From NCBI GenBank assembly GCA_045837725.1, contig JBEWZL010000030.1:248001-312000 (forward strand): a stretch of 64,000 nt of DNA. The letters run 5' to 3'. Shown in pieces: positions 12,459 to 25,596 of this stretch. A program made the translations under genes and the position numbers. The DNA is from Vermamoeba vermiformis (Eukaryota). The number at the start of each line of letters is the position of its first letter. The stretch's first letter is position 1. The notes beneath the pieces are model-generated. The model was not told where the DNA came from, did not search any database, and saw only the letters and a list, made by a program, of their open reading frames with translations.

Positions 12459-13213
12459 TTAAGAGCTCTTAGCAAGGGCCTTGAGTTCGCTCTTGACCTT
12501 ATCAAATCGGTCGCCGTTCTTTTCAGTCTTAGTCACCAACACGCAGCTCGTTGGTCGCTTGGTCAAGCTAGCTGAGCCAAGATCGTCCTTAGCGGGCACA
12601 TAGCAGTACAGAATGCCGCTCTCTTCGCACAAAACGGGCACGTGTGTAATGACGTCAATAGGCGAGATATCACCAGCGATAATGCAAATACTATTAGAAT
12701 AATAACGAGTCAGTGACGGTTGAATAAAAATTGACGATCTTGATCTGAATCTTCTCCAAAAATTCTACGGCGCGCTAATATTAAGATCGTGTATTATTGG
12801 TGACATTTGTAATATTGTGGATCGTAGCATTTTGTTGCGTGATTTATTGGTGAAGATCCCGTCAATAACCAAGGATTCGCAAGATGATCGCGTTTGTAAA
12901 AGTGATAATACTCACCCCTTAGTACCCTTTCGGATGGCCTTAACGACTTCCTTAACACCACGCTTGATGGCCTTTTCTTTAGCGGCTAAACATCATAATA
13001 AATTTTGTTAGATGCGATCAATAATTATTTTCGTTCAGAAAATATTATTTGTATTATAAATGCACCCTTATATGCATAAATAAATTATTTAAATATTTTA
13101 TACGCGGGAATCATTTATAGCAACTAATTTTTACCTCTCTTTGTCAGTTTGTAGATTCGCTTTGATAATTTGCTACCAGCCAAGGGAGAGGCAATAGGTG
13201 ATAAGTTGGACAT
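12459..13213 (-). CDS. NHP2: H/ACA snoRNP subunit NHP2 (L7Ae family); 3 exons
   Basis: SPIASPLAGSKLSKRIYKL / KRGVKEVVKAIRKG / IIAGDISPIDVITHVPVLCEE...LGSASLTKRPTSCVL. Confidence 0.95.
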
Positions 13214-13387
13214 TGTATATTATGTATTTGATATTGAATGGGCTTTGTTTTACCGCTTGAGTTCGAATACGAAAGTGTTGATTTTTTCTGGTGCATTTTA
13301 ATCCCATTCCCGCGCAAACCAGCACAAATAGCTGTTTAAATTTACATTTGTATTAGTATTAGATGTATATATACGAATATTAGTACA

Positions 13388-14543
13388 ATGGAACTCGAAG
13401 ACTTCAATTATTTTTATGAAAATATTCATTCACGAGATGATCTGTTTGTGTTGGCATCTAAACATCCCACGTAAGGCTGAAAATAACCTATAATATCATA
13501 TTTATTATTAACGACCTCCTGTAATGCTTTTAGAGTCTCTTATGACACGCTTTTGGCCATCTACTCTCAAAAATATCAAGAAGAGACCAAAAAGAGCTTC
13601 ACTAGGCATAAACAATATCAAAATGTTGCCAAATATTATGCCAGGTAATAATTAAACTATATTCCACCTTATTTGAGCAAAAAACAGTGGATCTATTCAA
13701 GATCTAATTTTAAAACTTCCGTATTTTAGATATGCCAGTGGCGAAAGTTTATTGGATATTGCTGAAGACATCAATCTAGCCCCGTGTCTCCTAGCACGAT
13801 TAATATTACAATGCTATTTGGAGTATTTACGTTCAGATGCTTCAACAGAACAATCAGAAGTCAAAAAAGATGAATCAGAAGCCGATTCGTTGGCCATAGG
13901 TGACGGATCATTCGAAGAGTATAAGAGACCCGTGCACAAGCCGAATATGGCCAGTCAAATCACTGCTCTAATTCGAAATCCAGACACGATCGATGACGCG
14001 CGCTTGCGTTACGAGATCCGCAGCTGTGTTTTGAGCGACGACAATTACTCACCGCTAGTGGAGCGTATCAGACACAGCATTGGCCTGGAGATGGAGCTCA
14101 AACTCTTCGACAAATTGACGCAGTTGAACTTGGCTTTCAGAACCGAGCACGATCTGCGACAGGCTGGCTTTCATAAGACACCTGACTTCTACTTAAGCGT
14201 GCCTATTAAATTAGTCATCGATGGCTGCGAGCTGGTGATCAATTGGGTCGAGAGCAAAGCTTCTTTTGGCGATCTGGTGACGCACGATCGTTACTGCCAA
14301 GAGCAATTTCGGATCTACGTGCAGAGATATGGGCCAGGCCTCGTTATATATTGGTTCGGCTATATTCTGCCGATTAAGCACCGCGATCCTGGCGTTTTGG
14401 TGTTAGACCACTTCCCGCACTACGCAATCACACCTACATCCAGTACGTAGCTCTGGAAATTGTTAACAATTTACAATAACTCATTTGTATATAATCCATG
14501 CGACCTGCTTTAGTACTAATTCTATTTAGTCGACAAGAGCTGA
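13388..14543 (+). CDS. CDIN1: CDAN1-interacting nuclease 1 (C15orf41, TPD / PD-(D/E)XK-like); multi-exon
   Basis: KTPDF, NWVESKASFGD and RYGPGLVIYWFG motifs; probable short last exon IDKS* after an intron ending at 14529 (otherwise the stop is at 14450). Confidence 0.9.
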
Positions 14544-14924
14544 GGTGCGCGTACTGGAAGTCCACTCGACCTCGTTCAAATCCAACAAGCTGCGCACTTT
14601 CAATCTCAACGCAATACTCGCGACTAAGACAGTACTACGTCACTATGATTGGCGAGATTACAGTCTGGCATGTAAACAAGACAAAACATGCACCGCAACC
14701 TCTCATCGAGCAAATTCAATTGATTCATGAATCTGCTATGCAGTCCGGGCTATGCTTTAACATAACAGACCTTCAAACACGCCACCCACTCACACCCTCT
14801 GATCCGAGAATTAATAAATTTGATATTTTTTCGCTGCTTTTTCATTTCTTTGGCAGCGAACATTTGTTTTATTTTGAGATTGATAGAGCACATTATTATC
14901 AGTCTAATTGTAAATAACACCACA

Positions 14925-16671
14925 ATGTCCACTACAATTGTGAATAACGTAAGTACTGGCCGTTGCGTTGGCTCAATCTCGATCCAACAGGAAATTAACT
15001 CGCTTGTATTAAAGCTGTTGCCCGGTCAAATAGCGAGCAATACACTCGCTGATGAGTTCTTGGAAGACTTTGAAAGCAGCGGATCTGACGAGGAGTCTGT
15101 AAACAACAGAAATAATAATGACGAAGATGCGGCCTTAGCCGATTTAATGGAAGTTGATACAAAAGTCTACGATGACCCCAAAGAAGTATCTAAATTATTG
15201 GACAGCACCGAATTGACAGAATTATTGAAGGTAATTTTATAATTATTTTTTCAATTTTTTCAATAATTAATTTATTTATTGTATTATCCAGCAAGTCAAT
15301 CTCTTTTTAGAAGAAGGCACCAAGGAAACGACAGGAAATTTTGAAGACGATCCGGAATTCGACGTGGTAGTCAAAGCTAACAAAATGGCAGCACGCATCC
15401 AAGACGAGATCCAAGCGCTGCACAAATTTATTCGCGATCATTATAACAAGAAATTCCCCGAATTAGAAAGTCTCGTGCAACATCCACTCGATTATGCTCG
15501 TACTGTCAAGCGTGTTGGCAATCAAACCGTAAGTATCGTTTCGACTAGGCAGATCTGCATCATTATTTTAATATAAGCACATCACTAATCGATATACTAT
15601 TATTAGGACGTTACTAAGGTTGATCTCGTGGATATATTGCCAGCCTCTAGCATCATTACCATTTCATTGTCAGCGTCCTCCAGTGCCGGCAAACAGCTCC
15701 CCGAAGATGAACTGCGCAAAGTGTTTGAAGGCTGCGACATGGCCCTCGCACTCGACGAGGCACGCAAGACCATTCTGCGCTACGTTGAGAGTCGCATGAC
15801 CAACTACGCGCCCAATTTGACCGAGATTGTGGGCAGTGAAGTCGCGGCTCGGTTGATCGGTCTCGCGGGTGGTTTGACCGCGCTGTCCAAGATGCCGTCC
15901 TCGACCATCATGAACTTGGGCTCCAAGAAGAAGAGTCTCGAAGGATTTTCATCGAGCACCGCTGTGAATCACTTCGGCTACGTGTACGAGTGTGATTTTG
16001 TCAAGCGCAGTGCCCCTGATTACCGCACCAAGGCCTGTCGTCTGGTCGCAGGCAAGTGCACACTGGCAGCACGCGTGGACAGCTTTCACGAGTCACAGAA
16101 CGGCGAGATTGGTCGCAATTTGAAACAAGAAATTGAAAAGAAGTTGGACAAGTGGCACGAGCCCCCCCAGTGCGCAAAGAAAAGCCACTTGCAGCACCTG
16201 ACGAGAAGAAAAAGCCGCGCCGTGGTGGTCGCAAGGCACGCAAGATGAAAGAACGTTACGGCATGACAGAGATGCGCAAACAAGCGAACAGAATGAGCTT
16301 CGGACCCGAACAGTCTGACGGCTTTGATTTCAGCAACAGATTGGGTGTAGACAAGGACTTGGGTCTCGTTGGCAAGTCTGGCTCTGGCTCTGTTCGTCTG
16401 CGCGTCATTGACGGCAAGGGCATGAAGAGTAAGTATCACTATCAACGACCAATTAAATATCTGAATCTAATCCTTGGTTATTGTAGTTAAGGCCAAGAAG
16501 CTGAAGCAATTGAACACATCGACATCAGGTCTCGCGACATCAGTCTACGCCATGACCCCTGCGCAAGGTCTCACGCTCGCTGATCCAGAACTGCAAAAGA
16601 AACGCGTGCAAGAAGCAAACGAAAAGTATTTCTCATCGACTTCTGGCTTCTCAAAGGTAGCTAAAAAGTAA
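14925..16671 (+). CDS. PRPF31: U4/U6 snRNP protein Prp31; multi-exon, with a 1-nt frameshift near 16165
   Basis: TLADEFLED, HKFIRDHYNKKFPELESLV, APNLTEIVG, KCTLAARVD, RRGGRKARKMKERYGMTEMRKQANRMSFG, KYFS. Confidence 0.95.
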
Positions 16672-16916
16672 TGGTGGTGTGTCAGGCTTTGAACATTTTG
16701 TGAATATAACAATAGAACCTTGTATTAAAATTAAAAAGAAGGCTCATTAGAGAGCAAGTTAACACGATTTGATTTCAAACAAAAAAGGATTTATTGAGAG
16801 TTATTAACAAGATTTCGATGTCACTCTCCGATTCGGAATCGAAGCAGCGACTAAATTATTGTACATGATTATTAATTTCCTTTTGTGCTCTCTAAACGCC
16901 AAAATTGAAAATGTTC

Positions 16917-19900
16917 TTAGTTGTTTTGGAATTTCTTTTGTGTGCGAGCCTTGACAATCTTTCGTCGTCGCAGTTCATCTTCATCAGCTGTGTGCGAGCT
17001 GTTGTTGGCAAACATGTCGAAGCCACTCGATGATGAAGCAGTGGGGGCAGGATTGCTGACTGCAAATGGATTGGCTGCAGCATTGCCACCGCTGAATCCA
17101 CTGAACGGTGTGCTAGTAGTAGCGCCACTGCCGAACGGTGTTGAGCCAAAAGCAGGTGTGCTTGGAGCACCGCTGTTGAACGAACCGAAGGCGGGTGTGC
17201 TTGGCGTGCTCGAGCCAAAAGCGGGTGTAGATCCAAAGGCAGGAGTATTTGAACCGAACGCGGGTGTGCTGGGTGCTGCACTGGATCCAAAAGGTGCGTT
17301 AGAACCACCGCCAAACGGTGTTGATGAACCGAATGGTGCGCTAGGAGTGCTAGCACCAAAAGCAGGAGTTGAAGATGAGCCGAATGGTGCGTTAGTTGGA
17401 GCAGGATTGGGGTTGAAACCAGTCGGTGATTGGGCAGGTTGACCGAATGTCGGGCTGGGAGCGCTGAATGTCACTGCATTGTTGCCGAACGGGGTCGATG
17501 GCAAGGCACCAAAAGGTGTGCTGATCGAAGAGCTGAATGGTGCTGGCGTTGATTGACCGAAGGCGGGTGTTGAGCTCGGAGCAGCACTGGACTTGCTCGA
17601 GTCATCGCCGAACATGAAGATCGCTGGAGGTGCACCAGAGGAAGAGCTGCTCGTGGCTGGCTTAGGGGGCTCACCAAGAGCGAAGCTGAAGCCAGAGCTG
17701 CTCGAGGACGTGGGTGCAGCAGTGACTGGGGTGCCGAAGGGCGTGGAGATGCTTGTGAAGCCAAAGCCAGTGCTGGCACCCGTGCTCGGTGCGGGAGTGG
17801 TGGCAGCGGGCTTGACGTCATCATCAGCCATCGAGTCCTCATCGTTTTGCATCGTGAAGGTCGTGGTGGGTGCAGTAGTAACAGGTGTGGGGTTCCAGCT
17901 CGACACAGGAGTTGAAGTGCCGAACAAAGTCGAGGCAGCGGCAGGTGTCTCGGGCTTTTTCTCTTCAGGTTTCTTCTCCTCAGTCTTAGCGTCAGCGCCG
18001 AACTTGAACGCGTTGCCTGAAGGAGTGAAGTTGAAACCAAAGCCAGAAGAAGCCTCGTCTTTCTTCTCCTCGGGTTTCTTGTCTTCAGTCTTGGGTGCGG
18101 CAGCGGGGGTGGAAGGTGTGAATGAGAAGCCAGTAAAGCCAGTGGTGCTTTCTTTCTCGGCCTCTTTCTTGTCACTAGCAGCGGGCATTGTGAACGAGAA
18201 GCCTGCAGCAGGGGCGGACTCTTTCTTTTCTTCCTTCTTGGGCTCCTCTTTCTTAGCCTCTTCCTTCTTGGACTCTTCTTTCTTCGCATCATCATTGACT
18301 GACACTGCATTCTCACCGAACTTGATAGTGGTGGGGAAGGTTGTTTCACTTGTGAACTTCTTGTCAGTGCTCACTGCAGGTTGCTTGAACTCATATTCGT
18401 CAGTGTAGAATGAGTCGTTTTTGTCCTTCATTGAAGCATTGAACACGAACGGTGTGCTGACGAGTTCGTCTTTCTTCTTTTCTTCTGTCTTCTCTTTGGG
18501 CGCCTCTTTAGTCTCTTCCTTGGCAGCAGGAGTGGGCGTGAACGAGAAACTCAACGCGGGGGCCTTGTCCTTCGACTCATCTTTGCCGAAGTTGAGTGTG
18601 AAGCCAGTAGTTGCGGGCTTGTCTTCTTTTTGTTCCTTAGTCTCGTCCTTCTTGTCACTTGTGAAGCTGAAACTGAGGCTAGGACTGTCAGTCTTTTTAT
18701 CAGCGTTGAAACTGAAACCAAGGCTCGGGGTCTCAGTCTTAGTTGTTTCGGCCTCCTTTGCTGGGGTCGGTGTGAATGAAAAGCTGAGACCAGAAGTGCT
18801 TTCCTTCTCTTTTTCCTTCTCAGTTTCCTTCTTGTCTAAGAACGAGAAGCCACTGAAGGGCTTTTCTTTTTCCTTCTCTTTTTCAGGTGTTTCAGTCTTC
18901 TTCGTGTCCGTGGGAATAGTGAATACTGAAAAAGGCTTGACTTCATCAGACTTGGGTGTTGTGAAAGAGAATCCAGAAGCGATGCTTGAGGCTTCGGTCT
19001 TATCTGAAGTAAAAGAGAATGATAAAGTTGATGGAACCTGCTCAGGCTCTTTCATGAAATCCAAGTTTACGCTGCTCGTCTTCTCGGGAGTAAAAGTGAA
19101 GAGAGACTTGGGTGCTTCTTTGGGTGCCTCAGTCTTCTTCGGCTCCTCCTTCTTAGACTCTTCCTTCTTGGGTTGTTCTTTCTTCGCGTCATCATTGACT
19201 GACACTGCATTCTCACCGAACTTGATCGTGGTGGGGAAAGTTGTGTCACTCGTGAACTTCTTGTCAGTGCTCACTGCAGGTTGTTTGAACTCGTATTCGT
19301 CAGTGTAGAACGAATCATTCTTGTCCTTCATCGAAGCGTTGAACACGAACGGTGTGCTGATGACTTCGTCCTTCTTCTCTTTAACGACTGCGCTTTGCTT
19401 CTCGGCGGGCTTTTCAAATGCGTAATCACCGAAACCGTTGGCAGGAGTCTTGGTCGCAGGCTTGGTATCGTTAATCTTGAATTGAACCTTCTCAGCTGGC
19501 TTCTCAACGGAAGCATCAGACTTTTGTTTTTTACGAAGTGGTTTGTCTTCTTCGGATGACGATTCGTCAGAGCTGAGAACTTCGACAGCCTCAAATGACT
19601 TCTTGGGAGCGGGTTCTTGTTGCTTGGGCTTTGACACGGGTTCAGCAGTTTGTTCAAAACTGTAGTCTTCGTCAGAGCTTTCTTCCATGCGATTTCGTTT
19701 CACTTTAAAGATCTTTCTTGCTGATGAGACACGAGCGGCAGGGATAGTAGCGCGCTTGACACGAGTGTCATACTCGGAAGTCAATGAGTCAGAAGGTGGT
19801 GCGTCTTCCATCTCTTCCTCTTCAGTGAACATAGGGGTGGACACTTTGACGCGAGGTGTTCTGGCTTTAAGGTCGCCTCTCTTGCGCTTAGCTGAACCAG

Positions 19901-21465
19901 TCAAACTTCCCATTGGTGAGCTTGCGTAGCCAGACGTGCGGTAAATTGGTTCCGAGGCATCTGAAACAGGCGATGTGATTCGTCCAATAGTTTGAAGGAT
20001 CTTTCGCGCAGTCACGCTAGTAGGAACTGAGCTTGGGGTAGTGAACACGCCGCTACTAGACAAAGAGGCACGAGGGGTGGATGGTACGGGGGTAGAGTCC
20101 AACGCTCTTCGCTTGATTGGTCTGTACTGAATGTCCTCTTCTTCGGGTTGAAGAAGGTTCTCGTCTGTAGGATGTCTGCGTTTACGACTGTTGGGAATTT
20201 GTCTCAATTCTTCATTCTCTGAAGCAGCCTTAGCTTGTGCATCGGGAGTGAATTGAACGTTAAAATCTCTCCAGCTAGTCTTCGGCAAAGTCGAAACAAC
20301 TTCCAATCGAGAAGGAGTTTGTTGTTGAATTGCAAAAGGTTGAGGAGTCTTAAATTGAGGCGCAGGAGTACCTACAGAGGGTGTAGCGGGATATTGGCGT
20401 CGCGAAGGAGTCCATGAAGGAGTTGCGGAAATTTCGGGTTGAGGAGCCAAAGGCAAATTGAATGCAGATCCTGAAACCTTGAAAGTATCCGAAAACTTCG
20501 GCAATTGCTTTTTAGCCTGGTGTTGTTGCTGAATCATTTTGCTTCTTGCAGGTGAGGACTTGTCCATAATTAATTTGCCCACATCAATCGTCGTTACGGG
20601 AGTTGAGTGAACTGCCATCGGCTTCTTCGCGCTAGCTGGAGTAGAGAACGGAAAAGGTTGCGTTTGCTGCCTTGGTTCTTTAACGGGCGTTTCGGACACG
20701 CGCTGCAAAAGTTCTTGAGTAATTTTCTCGTATTCTTCCGGAGTCAGAGTGGACTTTGCTAATATTTGGTTTAAGGCATTGTCTTGCTTGGACGGGGTAG
20801 AAATTTGAGGAGCAGGCAAATTTCCTTGCAGACTACCATTTGTAACGAGTGGGCCTTGGAATTTGTTGCTAATCTGGAAAGGAAGAAATTTAGTTAACTT
20901 CGCTTAGAAATTGACAATAAATTCATAATAAATAATAAAATACGCTTACCTCTTCTGAGATAGTGAATGGCGCTGGTTGGTCTGGTTCTGTATTCATTTG
21001 GACAGTTTGATCGGCTTCGCTTTCGTTGCCGGACCAAAAAGAAGAAAAAAATCCCTTTATCTTTCCTAAAATTGTCTTTCCTTCGCCCTGTTGCTATTGA
21101 ATAGTTTGGTTAGCATAAATAATGAATAGTATAAAAATACAAAAAAAACGCGCCAGATTACTAAGTCAGCTTCGTTTAGCATACGTTTAGCAAGCGAAAT
21201 TAATTTTAGTACTATTATAAATAATAATATTATAACTATAATTAGTAAACAAATAAAAGGACTCGCTAGTTTAATTTTTGATAATTATTTAAAAAGTCAA
21301 AATACGGATTTCAGTCACGTTTACGTAAGCATAGGGCATATTACTTACTTTCGTTCGGTCTCTTGAGTAAGGCGCAGAACGCGTTTGTATACCAGTTAAA
21401 TTTTTGTTAGAGCGAACAACTCGCCGCGATCCTGGCTGATCGGGATGTCGTTCTCGGGTTGCCAT
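16917..21465 (-). CDS. Nuclear-basket FG nucleoporin, Nup1/Nup153/Nup136-like; multi-exon
   Basis: N-terminal exons give RSAPYSR and the amphipathic helix ILGKIKGFFSSFW; FxF, FxFG and PAFG repeats; C-terminal basic RRRKIVKAR motif. Confidence 0.85.
18234..19378. repeat. Intragenic direct repeat: two copies of about 245 bp (18234-18478 and 19134-19378)
   Basis: Near-identical sequence offset by exactly 900 bp; both copies encode STPFVFNASMKDKNDSFYTDEYEFKQPAVSTDKKFTS(D/E)TTFPTTIKFGENAVSVNDDAKKE. Confidence 0.95.
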
Positions 21466-21838
21466 ATCGCAAGTATGTTAAAAAGTTGATATTTACAATG
21501 GTTGCGTAATGGAAGTGAGAACAGAACAAAAACAAAGTTTCTACGCAGTCTTCTCGTTCAGTCCGAACGCGCCACTCCACCATACAAAAATTCCTTCGCA
21601 ACTTTTCACCGAGGAAAAAGCTCGGAAATGGGAACGTCACGCCATTGGTCAGCTTTTTTTTACCGACAGGAAATTTCGCGGATTAGGCAAATTTTTGTTT
21701 TGCGTTAGACGAACGGACTTTCATAGCAAGCTCAAATCGACTAATACAAAAAATATAAATATGTTATCGTTTGGTTTATTCTCTTCATTCAATTGCAATC
21801 AAGCAACAGCAACAACAAGCTAATACAATAAAACAATA

Positions 21839-22494
21839 ATGAACAACGTTAAGTGCGTCTGTGTTGGTGATGGTGCCGTCGGTAAGACGAGCATTCTCTT
21901 AAGCTACAGCCAAAATATTTTGCCGGGCGATTACAACCCTACTATCTTTGACAACTATGGTAAGCAACAATAATTAATTTTAATTTGCTCGATCTGCTTA
22001 TTAACCGTTTAATTTCAATAGCCGTCACTGTAATGGTCGATGGAAAGCCTTATTATATGACTTTGTGGGATACTGCTGGTCAAGAGGATTATTCTCGCTT
22101 GCGACCTTTGTCTTACCCCCAAACTGACGTCTTCATCGTCTGCTACTCTATTGTCAATCCCACTTCATTCATCAACGTGCGCGACAAGTGGATTCCCGAG
22201 ATTAAGCACTACTGCCCTGACACCCCCTTCATTTTGTGCGCTACCAAGTTGGATCTTCGAGACAGCACTGATGCTCTTTCTCGCTTGGCTCAACGTCAAC
22301 AACAACCAATCTCATATGACCAAGGCATGCAAATGGCTAAGGATTTGGGCGCCGCTAAGTTCATGGAGTGCTCTGCTATGACCCAAAAGGGCCTCCACGC
22401 AGTTTTCAACGAGGCTATTCGATCAGTCGAGGCTAATAACAAGGAAACTCGTAAGAAGACCAAGAAGAGCAAGCGCGGTTGCTCTATTATGTAA
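21839..22494 (+). CDS. Rho-family small GTPase, Rac-like; 2 exons
   Basis: [51 protein letters not shown], polybasic tail plus CAAX (CSIM). Confidence 0.95.
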
Positions 22495-22756
22495 ATAGAT
22501 CGCGAAAGCGTAAATACGAAAACACAATTTTGTACAATAATGTAAATAGTAAACTGCCGAATTCTTAGCCAACAAAATATCTTTGTCCTTTCGATCATCG
22601 AAAGAATGCAAATTCGAAAAAAGGGAGGCCAGTGAGCCAAATTTCCTTGTCTTTTTCAAGCGCTGAATTTTGGCCAAGCAAAAACTCGCGAAAAAACAGA
22701 AACATAAACAACCACAAACTTTCAGCTTGCTAACACAAGTCACTTTATCAGCGAAC

Positions 22757-23492
22757 ATGTCCAAGTCACAATTCAAAGCCGAACATACTCTTGGTAAGTT
22801 TGCGGGCGGTCTTTGATTCAAATCGAGTTTCCATCTCCGTAACTCGTCCTTATTTTTATTCTAACATCGATATTATTTTATAAATATTCATATATTAATT
22901 ATTACGAATAGAGAAGCGAAAGGAAGTCGCTGACAAAATTAAAGCCAAGTATCCGGATCGTATTCCCGTAAGTGCCTTATTATTCCCTATTTGTGGCAAT
23001 AACTAATTATAAAATAGGTTATCGTAGAAAAGGCTCCTAAGAGCGATGCTCCCGATATCGATAAGAAGAAGTAAGCAAAATAGATTTACGAAATTATTTT
23101 TACGTGGAGCTCACTCCTTATTTTCCAAAGGTTCTTGGTGCCTCAAGATATCACTGTCGGCAAATTTATCTATGAAATCAGAAAGCATATGTCCAAGTTG
23201 CAACCCGAGAAAGCTATTTTCTTGTTCGTGAACGACGTTTTGCCTTCGTCTTGTAAGTGTTTATTTATACTGATTAATACAAAAAATATTCGCATATTCT
23301 TATAATAACGTTATACTTGCTATTAATATTGAAGATTCTGCGTTCAGTAATCAATTCTTATTTTTTCGTATTAAAATGCTAATTCGTTATTCAACAGCTG
23401 CTTTGATGTCTCACATCTACGAGAAGTACAAGGACGAAGATGGTTTCTTGTACATCACTTACAGTGGCGAGAACACTTTCGGTGGCTTCTAA
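22757..23492 (+). CDS. ATG8: Autophagy ubiquitin-like protein ATG8; 5 exons
   Basis: [29 protein letters not shown]...[19 protein letters not shown]. Confidence 0.97.
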
Positions 23493-23585
23493 GCGCCCTT
23501 TATAAATAGTGTATTTTTCAAACTCGGTTTTACAACCTATGTAGATGCTGTGCTATTGTACATAAATAAATATTTGACGCGGTAA

Positions 23586-25471
23586 TTATTTGTTCAAGTT
23601 CACTCCTTCAATTCCTGTTGCCACAACGCTGACGCGGATCTTGTCAGCTAACGAGGCGTCGATGTCCGATCCAAATATAACCAAGGTTGATTGCGACAAT
23701 CTGTTCTTAATCACTTGTGTCGCTTCGTCTACTTGATGCAGAGTCAGATCAGGACCGCCAGTGACGTGAATCAGCACGCCTTTCGCTGTCAGCAAGGAGC
23801 TGTTCTCGATGAATTGATTGGTAATGGCCAGTTCTGCGGCACGACGAGCCCTATTAAAAACGTCAGTAAAATGGCTATTTAAACACCTAATGGCTTCAAG
23901 TACCTTCGTTCTCCTGCGGCTTCACCAGATCCAATCAAAGCAGTGCCTGACATTGACATAACGGACTTGAGATCTCCAAAGTCCAGATTGACGAGTGCTG
24001 GATTCAACACGAGATCAGTGATGGTCTTGACACTTTGGAACAGTGCTTTGTTGGCCTGTTTGAAGCCTTCTAACAAGGTAGCTTGGGTGTTATTAGAGCC
24101 GAACGCTTTGAACTACAATAGATAATAAGCACAAGTAAAACTGTTGTGGCTTGGGACTTACGATGAATTGATTGGGAATAACGACAAGTGTGTCAACAAT
24201 TGATTTGATCTCAGCAAGTCCTCGTTGTGCCACTGCTGATTTGTAGCCGCCTTCAAAATCGAATGGCTTGGTGACTAGGGCACGGTTAGACAGTGACACA
24301 TAATATACTACTTTGACACGTACCAACGCCCACAGTAAGAATGCCTCGCTCTTTAAGTGCACGTGCGATAACCGGGCCAGCACCTGTGCCAGTACCACCA
24401 CCGAGGCCAAGTGTCAAAAACACTAAGTGCGTGTCTCCAAGTGCTTCAAGTACGCGATCAACTGACTCCTCTGCAGCTGCTCTGCCCTTCTCGACACTTG
24501 ATCCCGTTGACATGCCTCCTGTTGTCTTGACTCCGATTTGGATCCGATTTTCACATGACGAGAGACTACAGCACAGTTAATAATTGCTACCAATCTCGCA
24601 CTAAGAGACGTACCCTAATGATTGCGGATCAGTGTTGATGACGTAGTACTCGACGCCATCGCACTTCTCTTGCATCATGTAGTTGACTGCATTGCATCCA
24701 GCACCACCAACACCGCACACAGCAATGCGTGGTCGAAGGTACTCCATCTTTGCAGCTGGTTTATCGTGGTGACTGGAAGACTTGTGATTGTGGTGCGAGT
24801 GCTCGTGTGCTACATGATGCGCGGTTGTTTGTGGTGGTGCTTTCAGTTCCTCTTTTTGCCTTTGGTCAGCTTTCTCTTCCTCTTGTTCAGTGATAGTTGT
24901 GCTAGTATTTTCGTGGCTATTTACATCGGTATTAACAACTTGTTCTGGAGGTGATGTTGTGCTCTCATTGACAACGTCAGATTGGATCTCGTTGCGTAGT
25001 AGCTCCTCATATTTTGTAGAGGGTGTCGAGGTCTGTTCAAACGGTGTGCTATTGTCTGTTTGTTTAGCTTTGGACGGCAAAGGATCTGCGTGAAATACTG
25101 GCCATGGAATATTTGAGTGGAATGCTTCGAACGATTTTTAGATCGCTGTATTTGCTTAAGTATACTTACTTCGAGTTGTGCTGTTGCGTTGAATATTTAA
25201 TAGTCCTGCTGGAGCGACTTTCTTAGTTAGCGGATCTGAACAAGTAAATTAATTTAATTAAACAATTTAATTAACAAAAAAATCGATCGTCCATCGTGCA
25301 TAATTTTAATCGTATGCCCATGCTCTCATAAAAGTAAAGATCGTATTTAATGAATTTGTAATTGAAAAAATCTTCAGAAAATCAGCTGTCAAATTTGCAC
25401 TTACTTCTATTCGCTCGAAATCCTCTACGTGCATTCCTAATACAAACTAATCCATATTTATACAACAACAT
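23586..25471 (-). CDS. ftsZ: Nucleus-encoded mitochondrial division protein FtsZ (short, tail-less type); multi-exon
   Basis: [51 protein letters not shown]; reconstructed presequence [23 protein letters not shown]... Confidence 0.93.
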
Positions 25472-25596
25472 AACTGTTGAGGTCTTTGTGAACGGATAAA
25501 ACAAGAATAAGATATTTATGTTATTGAATTCACCTCATTTTGAAATGACACGTCGTCCACAACACCTCCATTAACTCAACACTCCACTAGCAATCA

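Noticed and set aside
12692-12915. Longer NHP2 intron as a possible snoRNA host
   Set aside because: No convincing box C/D or H/ACA structure by eye; needs an Infernal search
14498-14932. Overlapping short ORFs between CDIN1 and PRP31
   Set aside because: No recognisable motif; better explained as the CDIN1 last intron, 3'UTR and PRP31 promoter
16921-19308. Long plus-strand ORFs (173-295 aa)
   Set aside because: Antisense shadows of the low-complexity nucleoporin exon
23586-25471. FtsZ as bacterial contamination
   Set aside because: It has GT-AG introns and a presequence, and is flanked by eukaryotic genes
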